DNA of 64,000 bases from Antedon mediterranea (taxonomy: Eukaryota; Animalia; Echinodermata), in contig NC_092676.1 in the NCBI RefSeq assembly GCF_964355755.1, positions 20,354,871 through 20,418,870 of the forward strand, given 5' to 3'. Under the pieces are notes generated by a model. That model did no database searches, was not told the DNA's origin, and saw only the letters and a list, made by a program, of their open reading frames with translations. Below are positions 10,122 to 22,002 of this stretch, piece by piece. The position numbers and the translations under genes are program-made. Position 1 is the stretch's first letter. The number at the start of each line of letters is the position of its first letter.

Positions 10122-10802
10122 ATATAATCTGTATGAAGTGTTTTTTTTTCATGTTTTCTAAAATGCAATATGTTTTGTTTATTTCCCAATTACAAATTGT
10201 ATACAGAAGTAGAAGTAGTATTATAATAAGAAGTCATCGGGTATGAAGCGTCTCACATACACACAGAGCCAAAATGGCATCTTGGACTTGCACGGTGTAT
10301 GGACTCTAACCTTACGGTTTTCATTTAAATATTTCATTCCACTCTATCATCCTTATCTAGTTTTCAAACTTTTGCATTCCTCTTTTTTCATCTCATCCCT
10401 TTTGTCTTGGTGAAAAGGGAGGATATTTTATATTCCTCCTCTGAGTTTATAGCCTCTCTACCAGAACATGAACAAGATTTTATAAGTACGTTTTTAATGA
10501 CAGTTCATAGACTTTTATTACCATCTTTTATCTTTATATTTTAATTAACATCTTTTTAAAATTGTAAATGAAAGCATGGTTATTATATTGAAATCAATCA
10601 TCTTTTTATGTAAATATGCCTACTTTTTAACTACCGGTACTTGTTAACTTGTAACAATCTTAGTAATATACAACAGAAATAGAAATATTCATACAAATAA
10701 TTAATTGCTACAATGTACCTTTATTTTATATATAATATATATACATATAAATCTGAGAATTATAATAAAAGTGGGAAGACCCCACACAAGACAAAAAAAA
10801 AA

Positions 10803-11743
10803 AAAGTAATAGTTTAGTTAACATTGTATTTTAATATTATTGCAAATTCGCTTTTTGTAAGACTATTTTTAAATAGTTTTAAAAAAAGAATATTAGCCGA
10901 AAACCCAACTATTAGGATAAGCACTTCCAGGGAATAACTTAGTGGACTAAACAAATACAGGGAACACTTAAATATTTAAAAAAAAAGTTAATATGTGCAC
11001 AAAGAAAGTGTTAGTTAGATATTACCAAACTGATATATATTTGCTATATTTTGTTATATTTACAAACTATTATAATTTCATAAGATTGAAAACGTATTGA
11101 AACTGTGTGTTAGTTTCGGTTGCTAACAGCTACCATAGTCCAGTCAATTTACAGTTTCAACTCCCAAAAGTAGACAAAATTGCAACAAAAGATTTTTTTT
11201 ACTCAACTTAAAGTTAATTTTACGATAAAAAACATACAAAAAGTCTACCAAAATCGGACAACTGGAAAGGTGATAAAAAGACAATAAATCATAGCACTAT
11301 TTCATTAAAATATGTTCGTATTCGGCGTAGTAATATTGTTAGAAATTGTACCATGAAAAAAATCCCCATTTATTTTTATAACTTTTTGTGTTGATCCATT
11401 CTTTGATGTCATCAATCCATTTCCTACGAGATCTGCCCCTTCCTCTTTTACCTTCTATTATTATTATATTCTAATGTAACCAAAACAATTCTGGCTGCAG
11501 CAATCATGAAGTGACTGATTGTAGTGGAATCCAAAATAATCAAGCACAAACAAAATAGTTTAGTTAACATTGTATTTTAATATTAATGCAAATTCGATTT
11601 TTGTAAGACTATTTTTAAATAGTTTAAAAAAAACAATATTAGCCGAAAACCCAACTATTAGGATACACACTTCCAGGTAATAACTTAGTGGACTAAACAA
11701 ATATAGGGCACACTTAAATATTTAAAAAAAAAGTTAATATATG
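10803..11743. repeat. Partial array unit lacking the receptor gene
   Basis: 10803-11372 matches the spacer/3' flank (cf. 1-160, 14198-14550), then jumps directly to the sequence found at ~14012, skipping ~2.1 kb that includes the CDS. A ~210 bp extra segment (11137-11348) lies between two TACCAT copies. Confidence 0.75.
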
Positions 11744-12212
11744 CACATAGAAAGTGTTTAGTTATATATTACCAAACTGATATATATTTGCTATATTTGT
11801 TATATATACAAACTATTATAATTTCATAAGATTGAAAACGTATTGAAACTGTGTGTTAGTTTCGGTTGCTAACAGCTATCATGAAAAAAATTTCCATTTT
11901 ATTTATTTTTTTACTTTGCTTACTAATACTTTGTAGGCTACAGTGCTAAACATTTCCTCAAACTCTGTATATTTATAGTTTGAATATATTTTTGTTTCTT
12001 TAATCTGTGCTTATGGCCTGATGCTAATCAGGCATCATCATAAAAAAAAGTCTTTTATGATATGAATCTACATGTAAATGATATGCTATATAAAATTATT
12101 GATTTTTTTTGGTTAAAATATTTTCCAAACAATGCAACACTGTGATGTGTCCTCTCTATGAAACAATGTTCTTTTTTTACTGTGAGTTTCTGAAAAAAGT
12201 TATTGTTTCTGA

Positions 12213-13511
12213 TTATTTCTCCAATGTAAAATAATGATGTAGTACTTTAGCATCTTTTTTGCTAACTTCTTCTTCTCTGCTGTTATTGTCTTCATCTGTG
12301 TTCTGATCTCTATTGTAGATGTAGTTAGTCTCAGCACTTGTTGCTGTATCTTGAATTGTGTGGTACACTCCATCAGCATGTACTGTAGGTGGAACGTTGG
12401 TAGTACTGGCGGAATTCAAAGTGGTGCTGTTTCTCTGATTACTTCGAGCAGATTGTGGAGGATTGCCACATTTTCTTTTGAGTAGGTAGATGAGAATGAA
12501 CACCACTATTAAAAGAATCATTGTCGCTGATGCCAGGATTATTGTTAGTTTGTTTGCACTCTCCTGAGCAGTTGCATTAGTTGGCGAACTTTGGCATTGA
12601 TTAGTTGCATTAGTTGGCATTTCTTCTAGTTGGTCTTTCACTGTAAATTCTATCTCATCAGAGCTGCTTTGAACAGTAGTTGTCACCAGACACTTTATAA
12701 CATAATCACCAGCTGTTAAATTGTTGAAACATCTTTCATTTTCATCATTACCATGATAACTATTCAAGCCGTTTAATACCCAAGTATAATGTTTCTCACC
12801 AGATCCTTCTATCGCCTCACACTTAAAGCAATGTTCATAAATTTTCTTTATTTTCACTGTTATTTGAGAGCGAACTGTTAAAAGTAATGTATAGCACTGG
12901 TTTTCACTTGCTACAGACTTAGCAATTTTGGTAACACAGTAAAAGAATATACCATCTCCCTGTTCATACCCTTTAAATGTCTGATTAAAAGGCAATGTCC
13001 TTGTGTTCCTATATAAATTATACGACTTTATAATGTTGTTTTTCCCTTGGATCCATCCAATTGTCATTTGATATTTAATATTATTTTTTCTTATTAGTTT
13101 CACCTTACATTTGATTGTTATCGGTTCACCTTCTATGATGTACTCTATTAAGTCTTCACAGGCAATTCTCCAGTTAGTATCTTGCGTATCCTTTCTTTTG
13201 ACACGGGAAGGAATCAGAAAGTATTGATTATCATCATCTTGGCAGGTATAAATTCCAGCATTTTGTTGTACATTGAAAGAGATGAACAGTTCACATGTTA
13301 CTTTTAACTTTGGAGAATTTTGTTTTAAAACATTGTTGCCAACACTATATGTACTAGACACATTATACTCTTTACTTTACTGTATGATCTTCACAGGTTG
13401 CATCCCATTTTCGTTGAAATAATACTGTGAATCAAACTCAACATCCTGTTCTTCTGCTGTAACATCTCTGATAAACAGCAAACTGATAAACACTATTAGA
13501 CACAACATCAT
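12213..13511 (-). pseudogene. Ig-like type-I membrane receptor, copy 2; in-frame TAA near the N-terminus
   Basis: ORFs 13377-13592 and 12213-13361 are in the same frame, separated by TAA at 13377-13379 where copies 1 and 3 have TCA (Ser). TM, KRK stop-transfer and Tyr-motif tail (GVYHTI, NYIY, HYFTLEK) are intact. Confidence 0.8.
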
Positions 13512-14871
13512 TTTTGTTAAGTTTAATAAATTGGATTCAACTTCTTGGTTGTTTGATAACTTGGTCTGAGTGAACAGATTCCTGTATTTCAACTGTATGT
13601 ATTTCTGCTGTGGTTAAACCAAACAAAATATTTTGCAATAAGGAAATAAAAACCTAAAATGTCTGTTTTTAGGTGCCATCTCGTGTAGTTATTTATATTA
13701 AAAATAAACTTTACTTTCTATTCCCAAAGTAAACATAATATACTTTTGTTTATGACTCGTTCTGTAACTTTTAACTTTTCAGTTTAAAATACTAAAATAC
13801 ACATCCAAGCTTGAAAAATATATGCCTTCGTAATTGCACTCAGTATTGTGAGCCTATAATTATGTCTGGAAACAAATTTTTCCATTAAACAATTATAAGC
13901 AAAGTATTAAATAATACTTATAATTTATCATAATGTCTATCTATATTTTGTTTCATCTTCACGTTGAAGGTTGGAGGTCATGCTTCGCCAGCCGTTTCTA
14001 TACAATGCTTGCTTTTTTATAACTTTTTGTGTTAATCCATTCTTTGATGTCATCAATCCATTTCTTACGAGATCTGCCCCTTCCTCTTTTACCTTCTATT
14101 ATTATTATTATATTCTAATGTAACCAAAAAAATTCTTGCTGCAGCAATCATGAAGTAACTGATTGTAGTGGAATCCAAAATAATCACGCACAAACAAAAT
14201 AGTTTAGTTAACATTGTATTTTAATATTAATGCAAATTCGCTTTTGTAAGACTATTTTTAAATAGTTTAAAAAAAAGAATATTAGCCGAAAACCCAACTA
14301 TTAGGATTAGCACTTCCAGGGAATAACTTAGTGGACTAAACAAATACAGGAAACACTTAAATATTTAAAAAAAAAGTTAATATATGCACAAATAAAGTGT
14401 TAGTTAGATATTACCAAACTGATATATATTTGCTATATTTTGTTATATTTACAACTATTATAATTTCATAAGATTGAAAACGTATTGAAACTGTACTGTG
14501 TGTTAGTTTCGGTTGCTAACAGCTACCATGAAAAAAATTCCCATTTTATTTATTTTTAAGTTTAAATCTTTACTTTGCTTACTAATACTTTGTACAGTTC
14601 TAAACATTTTCTCAAACTCTGTATATTTATAGTTTAAACAGATTTTTGTTTCTTTAATCTGTGCTTTGGCCTGATGCTAAAATTCTGATCAGGCATCATC
14701 ATAAAAAAGTCTTTTATGATATGAATCTACATGTAAATGATAGGCTATATAAAATTATTGATTTTTTTTGGTTAAAATATTTTCCAAACAATGCAACACT
14801 GTGATGTGTCCTCTCTATGAAACAATGTTCTTTTTTTACTGTGAGTTTCTGAAAAAAGTTATTGTTCCTGA

Positions 14872-16140
14872 TTATTTCTCCAATGTAAAATAATAATGTG
14901 GTACTTTAGCATCTTTTTTGCTAACTTCTTCTCTGTGATTGTCTTCATCTGTGTTCTGATCTCTATTGTAGATGTAGTTAGTCTCAGCACTTGTTGCTGT
15001 ATCTTTAATTGTGTGGTACACTCCATCAGCATGTACTGTAGGTGGAACGTTAGTAGTACTGGCGGAATTCAAAGTGGTGTTGTTTCTCTGATTACTTCCA
15101 GCAGATTGTGGAGGATTGCCAGATTTTCTCTTGAGTAGGTAGATGAGAATGAACACCACTATTAAAAGAATCATTGTCGCTGATGCCAGGATTATTGTTA
15201 GTTTGTTTGCACTCTCCTGAGCAGTTGCATTAGTTGGCATACTTTGGCATTGATTAGTTGCATTAGTTGGCATTCTGTCTTTCACTGTAAATTTTATCTC
15301 ATCAGAGCTGCTTTGAGCAGTAGTTGTCACCAGACACTTTACAACGTAATCACCAGCTGTTAAGTTAGTGAAGCATCTTTCATTGCCATGATAATTATTT
15401 AAGTTTTGTCCATTTAACATCTAAGTATAATGTTCTTCACCAGATCCTTCTGTAGCCTCACACTTAAAGCAATGTCCATGCATTGTCTTTATTTTCACTC
15501 TTAATTGACTAGGGTAAACTTTTAAAAGTAATATATAGCACCGATGGTTTTTATTTTTAAATTTGGTAACACAGTAAAAGAATATACCATCTCCCCGTTC
15601 ATAACCTTTAAATGTCTGATTAAAAGGAAATGTCTTTGTGTTCTTATATAAATGATATGACTTTGTAATGTTATTTTTCCCTTGGATCCATCCAATTGTC
15701 ATTTTATAATTGTTGTTTGGTCTTGTTATCTGTTTCACCTTACATTTGATTGTTAGTTCTTCACCTTCTATGATGTACTCTATTAAGTCTTCACAGGCAA
15801 TTCTCCAATTAGGATCTTGCGTATCCTTTCTTGTGACACGGGAAGGAATCAGAAAGTACTGCTTATCATCATCTTGGCAGGTGTAAATTCCAGCATCTTG
15901 TACATTGAAAGAGATAAACAGTTCACATTTAACTCTTGTCAACTTTGATGAGTATCGTTGGAAGTTACTATTGCCAATACTATATGAAACATTATACTCT
16001 TTACTTGATGGTATGATCTTCACAGGTTGCATCCCATTTTCTTTAGAATAATACTTTGAATCAAACTCAACATCCTGTTCTTCTGCTGTAACATCTCTGA
16101 TAAACAGCAAACTGATCATCATCATTAGACACAGCATCAT
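14872..16140 (-). pseudogene. Ig-like type-I membrane receptor, copy 3; in-frame TAG in domain 3
   Basis: ORFs 15421-16140 and 14872-15420 are contiguous and in frame. TAG at 15421-15423 replaces the TGG (Trp of HYTW) in copies 1 and 2. Confidence 0.8.
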
Positions 16141-16762
16141 TTTTGTTTATGAATAAGTTTAATGAATTGGTCTTATTGTTTGATAACTTGGTCGAAGTAA
16201 ACAGATTCCTATTTCAACTGCATCTATTTCTGCTATGGTTAAACCAAACTAAATATTTTGCAATAAGTAGGGAAATCAAAACCTAAAATGTCTTTTTTTA
16301 GGTGCCATCACGTGTAGTTATTTATATTAAAAATAAAACTTTACTTTCTATTCCCAAAGTAAACTTAATATACTTTTGTTTATGACTGGTTCTGTAATTT
16401 TCAACTTTTGAGATTAAAATACATATCCAAGCTTTAAATATATGCCGTTGTAATTGCACTAGATATTATGACTTTATGTCAGGGAAAAATATTTCCATGA
16501 AAAAATTATAAGCAAACTATTAAATAATCATAATTGATCATAATGTCTATCTAAATTTGATTCCATCTTTACGTTGAAGGTTGGAAGTCATGCTTCACTA
16601 GCCGTCTCTATCCAATGCTTGCCTCACACATTTTTTATAACTTTTGGTGTTGATCCATTTCTTCCTCTTTTACCTTCTATTGTATTATTAAATTCTAACC
16701 AATCAAATATCAATGTCACTTTTTTTTTTAAGTGACAGACTTTTTACATGATGGATCATTAT

Positions 16763-17020
16763 GTGGAGTTGTGGCTTGGTGGTTATGATGCTTGGTGACC
16801 AATCTAAGGGTCCTGGGTTCAAGTCCTGTCATGTCAGGATTTTTTCTCATGACAATTTGCAACTCCACTTTCAAAGACTTGTAATAAGTCTTTGTTTATG
16901 TAGAGCATCTGTCGTGTGAACATGAGAGCAACCTTTTGGAGGACGGACAGTGATTGAGTTCACTTGTGGTTATCCTTGGCAATTTGCCTAAAATTTAATA
17001 AAAACAAAATTTAAAAAAAA
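16763..17020 (+). mobile_element. tRNA-derived SINE
   Basis: GTGGCTTGGTGGTTA A-box, GGGTTCAAGTCC B-box and an A-rich tail. Head is related to the copies at 34200, 51218 and 56140. Confidence 0.65.
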
Positions 17021-17620
17021 AAGAAATTATAAGCTTTATGACCCAATATGATAAAGCAGTAGGCAAATTCAATCATAGTGATAAAAATGTTTTAATTTTT
17101 AATGATTCCTAATGACACTATTTAAAAATTACAATTATTTTGTGATCAACAAATTTATTTAATATCTTTCTAAAAATAATAATATACAAATTCTATGTAC
17201 TATATTACATTAGTAAATACTCTATTTACATTTCAAACATACTTAAACGTTTACAGATTAAAGCATGACAAATTATTGTATATAATTAAAATTCTTGGTG
17301 AATTCCATGTTGAAACAAACTGTTCAGTTTGTGCTCTTCTCAATTTGCAGGTTCCTCATTCAAATAGTTTTGTAGGGTTTATGAAAGTTAAAACATTGTT
17401 TATTTTACAAATCATTGTCTGAAAAATTGAATTGGAAATGGCTGCGACTTCTGCTTGTAAAATATATATTCCAGATTCCAGATATACTGTAAAGTTCTTC
17501 CAAAAACAAGCTACCTGTAACTTCAGGATTTACTTGTAAATTATTTTGTTCGGAGAGTACTATTGGTACAAGTTGTATAGTGACAGCTGGTAATTGTTTG
17601 GAACTTGGTAAAGTCTTGTA

Positions 17621-20600
17621 TCATGAATGCAAAGATTTCACCCTTGCAAAACGAGAGAGTCCAAGACGTCGGGGTTGACTCAGAGATATCAGTTTAACAC
17701 CGCCTAAAGGATTCTCTCCACCTTTAAAGATAAAAACACATAGCATAAATTAATTTTACAATGCAAAATCAAAAGTGTGAACACCACAGTCTGGTATTGA
17801 ATACATTGTTGTGTTTGTATTGCCCTGTAGCATAATTGTGTAATTTTTTTTTATTATATTTTTATATTATTACTATTATTTATTTCTTATTTACTTATAT
17901 TTATGCATTGTATTGTTTATTATTATTTGATAAAATCATTATTAGTAGTTATTTTAAAGCTCTCTTAAGCTTATATGGTCTTTTCGATGCTTTGTTCCTA
18001 TTATTTGAATACTTTGAATTAATCTGTATTAACTTATCAAGTTTGATGCATTGTGGAATATAAACGATTTAATGAAAAAATTGTAGGGCACATTGCTAGG
18101 GGTCGTGTGGATGGTGAAATAAGAAGCTGGTTTAGTGAGTGTTCTTTTCCAAATTACTGTAGGTAGGGGTAAGCAAATTTGGGACTGTAATTTTCTATAT
18201 TTTACCATTGTTGTTTTTAATTATATTTATGTAAAGGGTATTAGGATCCTGCTTATGTTCTAAAGAGTTTATTGTTATTTATTTATTACTTTTTTTTAAT
18301 TTCTTTATTTGGTAATCAAGGTTAAAAAACAATTAAAACATAGAAAAACAATTGCACGGATAAACAGGCCTTGATTACAAGGAATGCCAAGAAAAGTTAA
18401 AAACTTAATTTCACTTGGGTCCTGTAACAAAGAACTGATACAAAAGTACATACAAAATTACAAAAAGATTACTGAAATTTTAGGTAAACAAGCTTTCATT
18501 TAAATTCTTAAAACATTTTTGATTGAATATAATTTTAATGTCACATAATAATGTTCCACTTTGACCAAAAATTGGATCGAAAAAAAAAAATATTTATCTG
18601 AAAAAATGTAATTCAAAGCAAAAAATAGTCAAATTGGCTGCCAGTCAATTGACTTCAAACTACAAAATAACTAAACCTATTCAAAGTAATATTTAATTAA
18701 TCTTCATTTTTTATGTTTTTGGGGGACAATATATCTTTAAGTGCAAAAAAACAACTGAACCCATACCAGGAGACATGACTATAGGCTTCCTAACGATCTC
18801 TTTTGGTGTGCAGTATGTAGCGGTTTTTGACACACCACTTCTATTAGCTGGTGGTGTGAATCCTCTGCCTATTGTCTTTGTTGGAATCATGGCAGCACTT
18901 TTAGTTGGTAATGAAGCTGTCGGAACTCTGCTAACTGAAGTCATTTTACTAGGAGGTGATGCTTTAGTTTTTTTGTCAGCTTTCCCTATATATTAAAATC
19001 AAAAATATTATTGAATTTGATGAATCTGTCTAACAAATACATATGTAAACTACAGTAATTTTTCCCAACATGAACCATGACATTTTGCCGATAAACATTG
19101 TTTTGAGGAAAGTTGTATAACCGTTTTTTCACAGACGTCTTCCAAAAGCTTAAAAACAGGAAAGAAAGTTGTTAAACCAGTAAAAACAAAACATACCTGT
19201 CGTTGGCTTGGATTTCTTGGTAGTATTTTTTTCCTTATTTGCTACAGTTTTCTTTTTAGGTTCCTTTGTCATCTTTTTTGGTTTGGATACTTCATAATCA
19301 CTTTCGTCACCATCATCAGAAAAGTCACCATCGCTTCCGTTATCCACATCACCTAATAAAAATGTTCTCATTTTATTTAATAATTAGGGATGGTTTTACA
19401 CTACAATTGCGGTCATTTTTATACCCCATGTGTATGCATGCATGTAGTATAAGAGTAAAGATGTGTACAGCAAACAAACGTACAAATTCTCTCTCTTACA
19501 AATATATTCTACAGTGTTAACACTAATTATTACCCATAAAGTGTGGTTTTCCCTAGACCGCGATGTATTGACACAAAGTGCTATATTTCATAATCACAAG
19601 GAACTGACAACGCAAAAGTGCTGCAAACATTGCTACAGTATATCAAATCAGTTTGATTTCATGCAAGAACACTGTAAAACACAATAGTACAGCACGTAGC
19701 CAAGTACGCTGAATGAACTTATTATTTTTTTTTTTATTCTATGTCTTTAGGCCAAGGATTACCAATAGTAAATTAATCACTGTAATCCCCCTGATAGGTG
19801 TATAGTCCTTTTCCGAAAAGACTTGTTCCACCACTAGCGAGTCGGCCTCAAACCCTTGCCATGTTGCTGGCATTTTAGGTACGTTAAACGACGCCCCTGT
19901 CTTAAACGCTCGACCATTTGACTCGCCATTTGAACCAGATCGAGTCTACGACAACTGGCGTTGATGTGCAATAATCAGGTTTGATTTCATGCAGACTGTA
20001 GCAAACACTGAGGAATCATATGTAAACAAAGATGATTTAAACTAACCAACATGGAAATCATCATCACTATCATCGTCTTGATTCTCTGCTAATGATTTTC
20101 TCGGAGCTGAAGCTCTTCTTGATGGTTTGCCGCCCTCTCTGACATCTTCTTCCAATATCTCAATACTTGGTTCATGGGTAGCAACACAGTTCTGATTAAG
20201 TTGAGGAGGCTGTATGGATGTTAGTAAAGAATGCGGAGCTGCAACAACTGGTGAGACATTTGCTTTTGATGGTTGTAAATTACTTTCATCTAAAAAAAAA
20301 AAAAAAAAGGAGAATTTATTATTATATTTATTTCTGCCATTATTCTAAGAAATGCAACAAGACCCTTTGCCAGTCTACATGCTGAATGTGTATACTTTCA
20401 GTAATTCAAAATGTAATCGCACAACAGATTTTACCTGCAAAATATATCATTAAATATTATCTAATACTAATAAGTTTGTATTAGTGATCATTTATTCAAA
20501 TGTCTTACTTCACATTAAGGTAAATTATGCCCAGTATCGTAGGTAGATTCTGTAATACAGTGTCACACGGACATCACATAATGCCCCTGTATTATGTTAA

Positions 20601-21745
20601 GGTTAAACCAATGGCTGGGATATTGTATACATTTATATAGGTACAGTACCAAGAATCAGCTAGATTCTTGGAATAGTAATTTCATGTTTTATTGTTTTTA
20701 TTTTTCAAGTTATAATATGTTAAAGTACACCTTTTTACCATTATTATTGTGAACTACAGCTGCTATTTCATCATTTTCCTTCTGAGATTCTTGCTTTGAT
20801 AATTCCAACACTTTCTGAATTTCTCTTTCAAATGACTGTTCCTCTAATTTTTCCAATGATATCCTTTTATTTTAAAAATACAGTAAGTACATTAGTTTTC
20901 CATGGTTTGGTAAAACATTCCAATTTGTTTTGCACTCAAGTAAAGTTTAATTTATTTGTTCATACCTTTCTCTTTTCTCTGGAAGTTCACTCCTCTTTTC
21001 TGCTGCTGTAGATTTCTTCTTTTCATTTTTCAATTTTGTAGTTTTAGTTTGTTTATGATTAGTTGCTTTTTTGTCTACCCTTATTTTTTTAAGTGGTGGT
21101 GTTGGAACTTCAAAATCATCTATAGTAGATATAAAATAAAAAATAGAATTAATATATAAATATAAATAAAGTTTTAATTGAATGTTAAAACAGTAGGCTA
21201 ATAATATTAATAAACAACCTGACCTAAATATGTTTACTTATTATTAATTATTTACACAGCCGACATCAGCTCTTAAAATTGAAATATACTGTATATTTTT
21301 GTTGAATACTAGTGTAGTATATTACATTTGCTTAAGCCACAGGATTATTAATAGATGTATAGGCCTAATCAAATAATTTAAAGAATTATAACAAAATAAA
21401 TTGTTGTTACCATCACTTCCATCTTGTTGAACAAATGATGAATAGTCAATAGCTTTACGCGACCTGAAAGAACAATGGGAAATACAAATAATAAGATAAA
21501 AAAGTATACATTAAAAAGCAAACGTCTAAGTTATGCCTAGGCTGACACAACGGGCAGCCAGTTCACTGACACTCTCTGCTCAGGTGGCTGTGAGTGATCT
21601 GATCGAGAGAGTGTTGCTGGTTTGGTTAGGCCTAGCCTAAATAGGCCCCTACTTAGCCTAGCTTTGAAGATGGATTTCATTAAACACTGCCTGATAATAA
21701 ATTATAATATAAAATTTACCTATGAGGTCTACCAAAGTCAGACAT
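17621..21745 (-). CDS. RAD51AP1: RAD51-associated protein 1 homolog (~358 aa, 8 exons)
   Basis: Exons 21745-21720, 21463-21411, 21119-20966, 20863-20739, 20289-20047, 19352-19197, 18985-18767 and 17721-17621 are all GT-AG and phase-consistent. N-term MSDFGRPHRSRKAIDYSSF..DGSDDDF, ISLEKLEEQSFEREIQKVLELSK and C-term RRLGLSRFARVKSLH match RAD51AP1 conserved motifs. Confidence 0.88.
19727..19927 (-). mobile_element. tRNA-derived SINE in a RAD51AP1 intron
   Basis: Minus strand reads GGCGAGTCAAATGGTCGAGCGTTTAAGAC...GGGTTTGAGGCC, ending in an A-rich tail. Confidence 0.55.
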
Positions 21746-22002
21746 TACACAGATAATAATAAAATCAAGTAAAAAACATGAACAGGAATGTGAACCCAAA
21801 AACAATAACAAAATCGAACTTCCCGCTCTAGACTCTATAAACCAGACTTCGCTCATCTCTCATGAAAGAGAGGATCAAGATCACGACAGGAAAATAGTCT
21901 ACTAGGCCTAGGTCAATTAAGGTCAGTAAACATCAACACACTGATTTTTTATGCAAGTTCCAAATAAAACGTTTTTTTAGTGTGAATTTGGTTATCTTTA
22001 AG
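21746..22002. promoter_or_regulatory. Putative bidirectional promoter between RAD51AP1 and C12orf4/FERRY3
   Basis: Only 257 bp separate the divergent start codons. Contains CTTCCCGC (E2F-like) at ~21819. Confidence 0.6.

Larger units (their letters stand above)
3717..10802 (+). mobile_element. 5'-truncated L1/Tx1-clade LINE (ORF2 RT C-terminal half, zinc finger, 3' UTR, poly-A), interrupted by a SINE and a Gypsy element
   Basis: IAQLADDTVIF at ~3740, then VKFLGI...WKRRNLTFFGKITIIKTLALSK and EGGLNMPD. Removing the Gypsy element restores ILPCKKRLKLWNLAENNLCDNC...ESEQHMLFEC. Ends AATAAA...poly-A at ~10765-10805. A ~90 bp flanking duplication lies at 3627-3716 and 10803-10892. Confidence 0.88.

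Noticed and set aside
13377-15423. Programmed stop readthrough or selenocysteine at the in-frame stops of copies 2 and 3
   Set aside because: The stops are TAA and TAG at different positions, each replacing a sense codon (Ser, Trp) in the paralogs. These are ordinary nonsense substitutions.
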